Shown in pieces: positions 28,646 to 32,000 of a DNA stretch of 32,000 nucleotides. How positions within the stretch are numbered: position 1 is the stretch's first letter; each line of letters opens with the position of its first letter. The stretch lies in contig NC_016012.1 in the NCBI RefSeq assembly GCF_000283555.1, positions 510,001 to 542,000 of the forward strand, given 5' to 3'. The notes beneath the pieces were generated by a model. That model was given only the letters and a program-made list of their open reading frames with translations. It did no database searches and was not told the DNA's origin. Source of the stretch: Candidatus Arthromitus sp. SFB-rat-Yit. Lineage in GTDB: Bacteria; Bacillota; Clostridia; Clostridiales; Clostridiaceae. Made by a program: the position numbers and the translations under genes.

Positions 28646-30562
28646 ATGTTTGATGAATATCAAAATAATGCGATCTTTTCTAATGAAGATAAAGTTTTAT
28701 TAGTTGCAGCACCTGGTAGCGGTAAGACAACGGTTATTATAGAGAAACTTATGTATTTGGTTAGTTCTGGTTTTAAGGAAGACAGTATTTTATTGATTAC
28801 ATTTACTAAGAAGGCATGTGAAAATATGCGAGAAAGGTTTGATAAATTAAGTAAATCATCAACATCGCCTCACTTTTATACTTTTCATGCTTTGTTTTAT
28901 AAAATCATCAGGGATAATATAAATTCTAATTTTGAAATTATTACAGATGAAAATATACAGAAATTTTTAAGTGATATATTGAAGAATTATATAGATTTTG
29001 TGAGTGAATATAAAATTCAATCATTTATGTGTGAAATTATTAGATTTAATGCGAGTAATCAAAGTATAGATGAATTTGAAACAAGGTTACCTAAACATAT
29101 ATTGAAAGATGCTATTGAGAGATATAAGAGTTATAAACTTTTTAATAATTTGTATGATTTTGATGATTTGGAGAGAGAAGTATTACGGTTATTTAAAGAT
29201 AGAAATGATATTTTAGAATTTTATAGAGATAAGTTTAAGTACATATTGGTTGATGAATTTCAAGATTGTAATAATGTGCAATTTGAGATTTTAAAAATGC
29301 TTAGCATTAAATCTAAGTTATTTTGTGTAGGAGATGATGATCAGAGCATTTATAAATTTAGAGGTGCAAATCCATCTATAATGGTTAGTTTTTGTGACGT
29401 ATTTGAAGGGGCTAAAAAATATTATTTAAAATACAACTATAGATCTAAACATTCTATTATTAATTTTTCACGTAACGTCATTGAAAATAATAGGATAAGG
29501 AATAAAAAACAATTATGTGGAAATAAGAAGGAAGAAGGTGAGGTTATTTGTAAAAAATTTTTAGAGGATACTGATCAAGGTAAATATATTGTAGATGATA
29601 TAGAGAATCTTCAAAAGAGTGGTGTAAATTTATGTGATTTTGCAGTTTTGTATAGAAATCATAAAGATTCTTTCAGCATATTGAGTGAATTTATCAAAAG
29701 GAATATTAAAATTAATTTTTTGGATAGTGATTTCAATATTTTTGAGATTTTCTATATAAAGGATATAATTAATTTTCTTAAATTTATAGATAATCCAACT
29801 ATAAATAATTTTAAAGAGATATATAACAAGGTAACATTCTTGTTTAGTAGAAGAGTTAATCAGATTATAAATAAGTTTGATTACGATTCTAATTTTTTTA
29901 GTGTAATTGATGCGAATTTTGATAAAATTTCTTGTAATGATAAGCGAAGTATATTTAGTTTGAAAAAAATGATTAAAAGATTCAGAAAATATCCTATAGA
30001 TAGTAGAATTAATGGAATTTTAAATAAACTGGGGTATTCGTTGTACCTTGATAACATTATTACACAGAAAAAATTGAATAAAGCAGAGGTTAATTATTTT
30101 ATAGAGTATTTTTATAATGTAATTACAAAATTTAAATCTGTAGATGAGTTTAGTAAAAATATTAGATTAATTAATTCTACTCATGGAGTAAATTTTGGTA
30201 CTATTCATTCTTCAAAGGGAATGGAATTTAGATGTGTTTATATTATAAATGCCCGTGATATGGATAGAGAGATGAATTTTAAAAATAATATAAATATATT
30301 CTATGATGAAGAAGAGGAAAGACGTATTTTTTATGTAGGTATTACTAGAGCAATAGATTCCTTAAAAATTTTATCTCCATATTTTATAGAGGGAAGATTT
30401 AATAATAGGTTATCGAGGTTTATTGGAGAAGGTTTGATGGATTCTGATTATGGCAATATAGATACTTGTAATATTAAAAAGATATCAAAGAATAAAGTCC
30501 TTCTATATGTTGATGGCAAAAGGAAGAGTTTGGATACGAAGGATTATTTAGAAATAACTTGA
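28646..30562 (+). CDS. UvrD/PcrA-like superfamily 1 ATP-dependent DNA helicase
   Basis: Motif I AAPGSGKTTVIIEK, motif II ILVDEFQDCNNVQFEIL, motif III GDDDQSIYKFRGA, motif IV YNYRSKHSI, motif V IHSSKGMEFRCVYIINARD, motif VI EEERRIFYVGITRA. Confidence 0.9.
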   Translation: MFDEYQNNAIFSNEDKVLLVAAPGSGKTTVIIEKLMYLVSSGFKEDSILLITFTKKACENMRERFDKLSKSSTSPHFYTFHALFYKIIRDNINSNFEIITDENIQKFLSDILKNYIDFVSEYKIQSFMCEIIRFNASNQSIDEFETRLPKHILKDAIERYKSYKLFNNLYDFDDLEREVLRLFKDRNDILEFYRDKFKYILVDEFQDCNNVQFEILKMLSIKSKLFCVGDDDQSIYKFRGANPSIMVSFCDVFEGAKKYYLKYNYRSKHSIINFSRNVIENNRIRNKKQLCGNKKEEGEVICKKFLEDTDQGKYIVDDIENLQKSGVNLCDFAVLYRNHKDSFSILSEFIKRNIKINFLDSDFNIFEIFYIKDIINFLKFIDNPTINNFKEIYNKVTFLFSRRVNQIINKFDYDSNFFSVIDANFDKISCNDKRSIFSLKKMIKRFRKYPIDSRINGILNKLGYSLYLDNIITQKKLNKAEVNYFIEYFYNVITKFKSVDEFSKNIRLINSTHGVNFGTIHSSKGMEFRCVYIINARDMDREMNFKNNINIFYDEEEERRIFYVGITRAIDSLKILSPYFIEGRFNNRLSRFIGEGLMDSDYGNIDTCNIKKISKNKVLLYVDGKRKSLDTKDYLEIT

Positions 30563-30564
30563 TT

Positions 30565-30605
30565 AGAGATACTTATTTTTATAATAGGTATCTCTATTTT
30601 GTTTT
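30565..30605 (+). terminator. Rho-independent terminator downstream of the helicase gene
   Basis: AGAGATAC ... GTATCTCT stem followed by ATTTTGTTTT. Confidence 0.65.
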
Positions 30606-30664
30606 AAATTAAATGATATAATATAAAATGGAACAAATTATTAGAGTTGGGAGTTTGTGCAGTT

Positions 30665-31543
30665 ATGAGTAATGATTCAATTGTTTATATAAATGGTAAG
30701 TATGTACATAAAAATGAGGCTTTAGTTTCTGTATTTGATAGAGGTATATTGTATGGTGATGGATTCTTTGAAGGTATACGGATATATAATGGGAAGATAT
30801 TTATGTGTGATGAGCACATAGATAGATTTTTTGATTCATCTAAGTATACAAATATAATTTTAAATTATTCAAAAGATGAAATAGTTGATATAATCGAGAA
30901 ACTTATAGAAATGAATAATGTTAAAGATGGATATATAAGGCTTGTAGCTACAAGAGGAGCATATAATCTGGGTCTTACACCACCAACTCCTGATGTGGCT
31001 AACCCTACATTAATTTGTATAGTGTCTAATATAACTCTTTATGATAGGAAGTTTTATGATAATGGAATGAATGCTATTTTTTCATCTTTTACTAGGATTG
31101 GAACATCTATGTTAGATCCGCAATGTAAATCTCTGAATTATATGTTAAATATTTTGGCAAAAATGGAGGCAAATAATAGAGGAGCACAAGAAGCTATTTT
31201 TTTAAATTCCAATGGAATTGTTACAGAATGTACGGGGGATAATATTTTTATAATAAAAGATGATGTTGTTTATACACCGCCTAGTTATACAGGGATATTA
31301 AATGGGATTACTAGGATTTTAATTATTAAAATTTTGAAAAAGCTTGGATATGATATAAGAGAACAGGAATTTACAAGGTATAATGTTTATACAGCAGATG
31401 AATGTTTTCTTACAGGAACTGCTGCAGAAGTAATATCTGTTGTTAATATTGATGGACGATTAATAAATGATGGAAAGGTTGGACCACATACTAAGATTAT
31501 AATGAATGAGTATAAGAAATATATAGATAGTGTTTGTAATTAA
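30665..31543 (+). CDS. ilvE: Branched-chain amino acid aminotransferase family (class IV PLP aminotransferase)
   Basis: GKYVHKNEALVSVFDRGILYGDGFFEGIRIYNGKIF, YMLNILAKMEANNRGAQEAIFLNSNGIVTECTGDNIFI, FLTGTAAEVISVVNIDGR. The ATG at 30665 is more plausible than the TTG at 30647. Confidence 0.88.
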   Translation: MSNDSIVYINGKYVHKNEALVSVFDRGILYGDGFFEGIRIYNGKIFMCDEHIDRFFDSSKYTNIILNYSKDEIVDIIEKLIEMNNVKDGYIRLVATRGAYNLGLTPPTPDVANPTLICIVSNITLYDRKFYDNGMNAIFSSFTRIGTSMLDPQCKSLNYMLNILAKMEANNRGAQEAIFLNSNGIVTECTGDNIFIIKDDVVYTPPSYTGILNGITRILIIKILKKLGYDIREQEFTRYNVYTADECFLTGTAAEVISVVNIDGRLINDGKVGPHTKIIMNEYKKYIDSVCN

Positions 31544-31583
31544 AAATGCTCAGAGAGATTAATTTCCCTCTGAGCTTTTACTA
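31543..31583. terminator. Likely bidirectional terminator between ilvE and the convergent small - strand gene
   Basis: GCTCAGAG ... CTCTGAGC stem with an A-rich 5' flank and T-rich 3' flank. Confidence 0.8.
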
Positions 31584-31611
31584 TGTTTAAAAAATGGTTT
31601 AATTCAATTTA

Positions 31612-31874
31612 TTATTTCATTAAGAATGGACCAGCATGTACTATTGTAGGTCTACCTCCACCTTGTCCAGTTAAAACAGTAGTTATTCCACTACCAGAAT
31701 TACTACGTAATTGTAATAATAATGAAGCTGGAGTTGTACTTGTCGTATTTAAATTTGTAGTTTTAAGTCCTCCAGGAGTAGTAACTATAGGAAGTTTTAA
31801 AGTTTTCGTAGTTGAACTGATGATATTAATGCCAATACACATGATGCTATTACTTTATTATGTAATTTTTTCAT
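31612..31874 (-). pseudogene. Small putative secreted protein gene whose signal peptide and body are in different frames
   Basis: GGAGG SD (31886-31882) and ATG at 31874 open a signal-peptide-like ORF MKKLHNKVIASCVLALISSVQLRKL* (31874..31797). The longer ORF (31842..31612) lies in another frame and encodes ...TTKTLKLPIVTTPGGLKTTNLNTTSTTPASLLLQLRSNSGSGITTVLTGQGGGRPTIVHAGPFLMK*. Confidence 0.45.
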
Positions 31875-32000
31875 AATTTTGCCTCCAAAAATTTTAGTCA
31901 AGCACAAATTATATATTAATATATAGTTTTTAAAAAATCAACAATTTGTTCATATTTTTTTCGAAAATTTTTACTAAAACATAAATTTTTACTATTTATG

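Noticed and set aside
31583-31876. + strand 97-aa ORF MFKKWFNSIYYFIKNG...
   Set aside because: No SD, starts next to the ilvE terminator, and is the complement of the better-supported - strand small gene with an SD and a shared terminator.
1-32000. CRISPR arrays, tRNA/rRNA genes, insertion sequences, prophage or toxin-antitoxin/defence islands
   Set aside because: No regularly spaced repeats, cloverleaf motifs, transposase/integrase motifs or paired toxin-antitoxin architecture were seen. The UvrD-like helicase is isolated, without a nuclease partner.

Overview
AT-rich, low-GC Firmicutes/Clostridia chromosomal segment. Gene content and composition suggest a segmented-filamentous-bacterium-like (Candidatus Arthromitus) or related clostridial genome; this is an inference, not demonstrated. 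Most of the window is a conserved housekeeping/sporulation block on the + strand: U32 peptidase, mutS2, yqfC, yqfD, pgpH/yqfF, ybeY, a dgkA-PAP2 fusion, cdd, era, recO, DUF4342 protein, ppdK, dnaG, rpoD, trmK, a Nif3-like gene, then a class A RNase P RNA. Accessory genes are a CotS-like kinase-fold gene (- strand), a membrane-anchored alpha/beta hydrolase, a DUF4214-like small protein, an MGT-family glycosyltransferase with a C-terminal membrane hairpin, and a secreted dockerin/SH3/lysozyme-like protein (- strand). These are followed by nicotinate phosphoribosyltransferase (- strand), a UvrD-like helicase and a branched-chain aminotransferase. No CRISPR array, tRNA, transposon or obvious defence system is visible. 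The most unusual local signals are: (i) dgkA has no in-frame ATG/GTG/TTG at its conserved N-terminus, implying an ATC or ATT start; (ii) a small secreted-protein gene near 31.6-31.9 kb has its signal peptide and body in different frames; (iii) an unexplained ~450 bp region lies between rnpB and the glycosyltransferase, with hairpins and overlapping short reading frames; (iv) a dockerin-like module is fused to a putative cell-wall hydrolase. I did not find convincing evidence of a wholly new multi-gene system.
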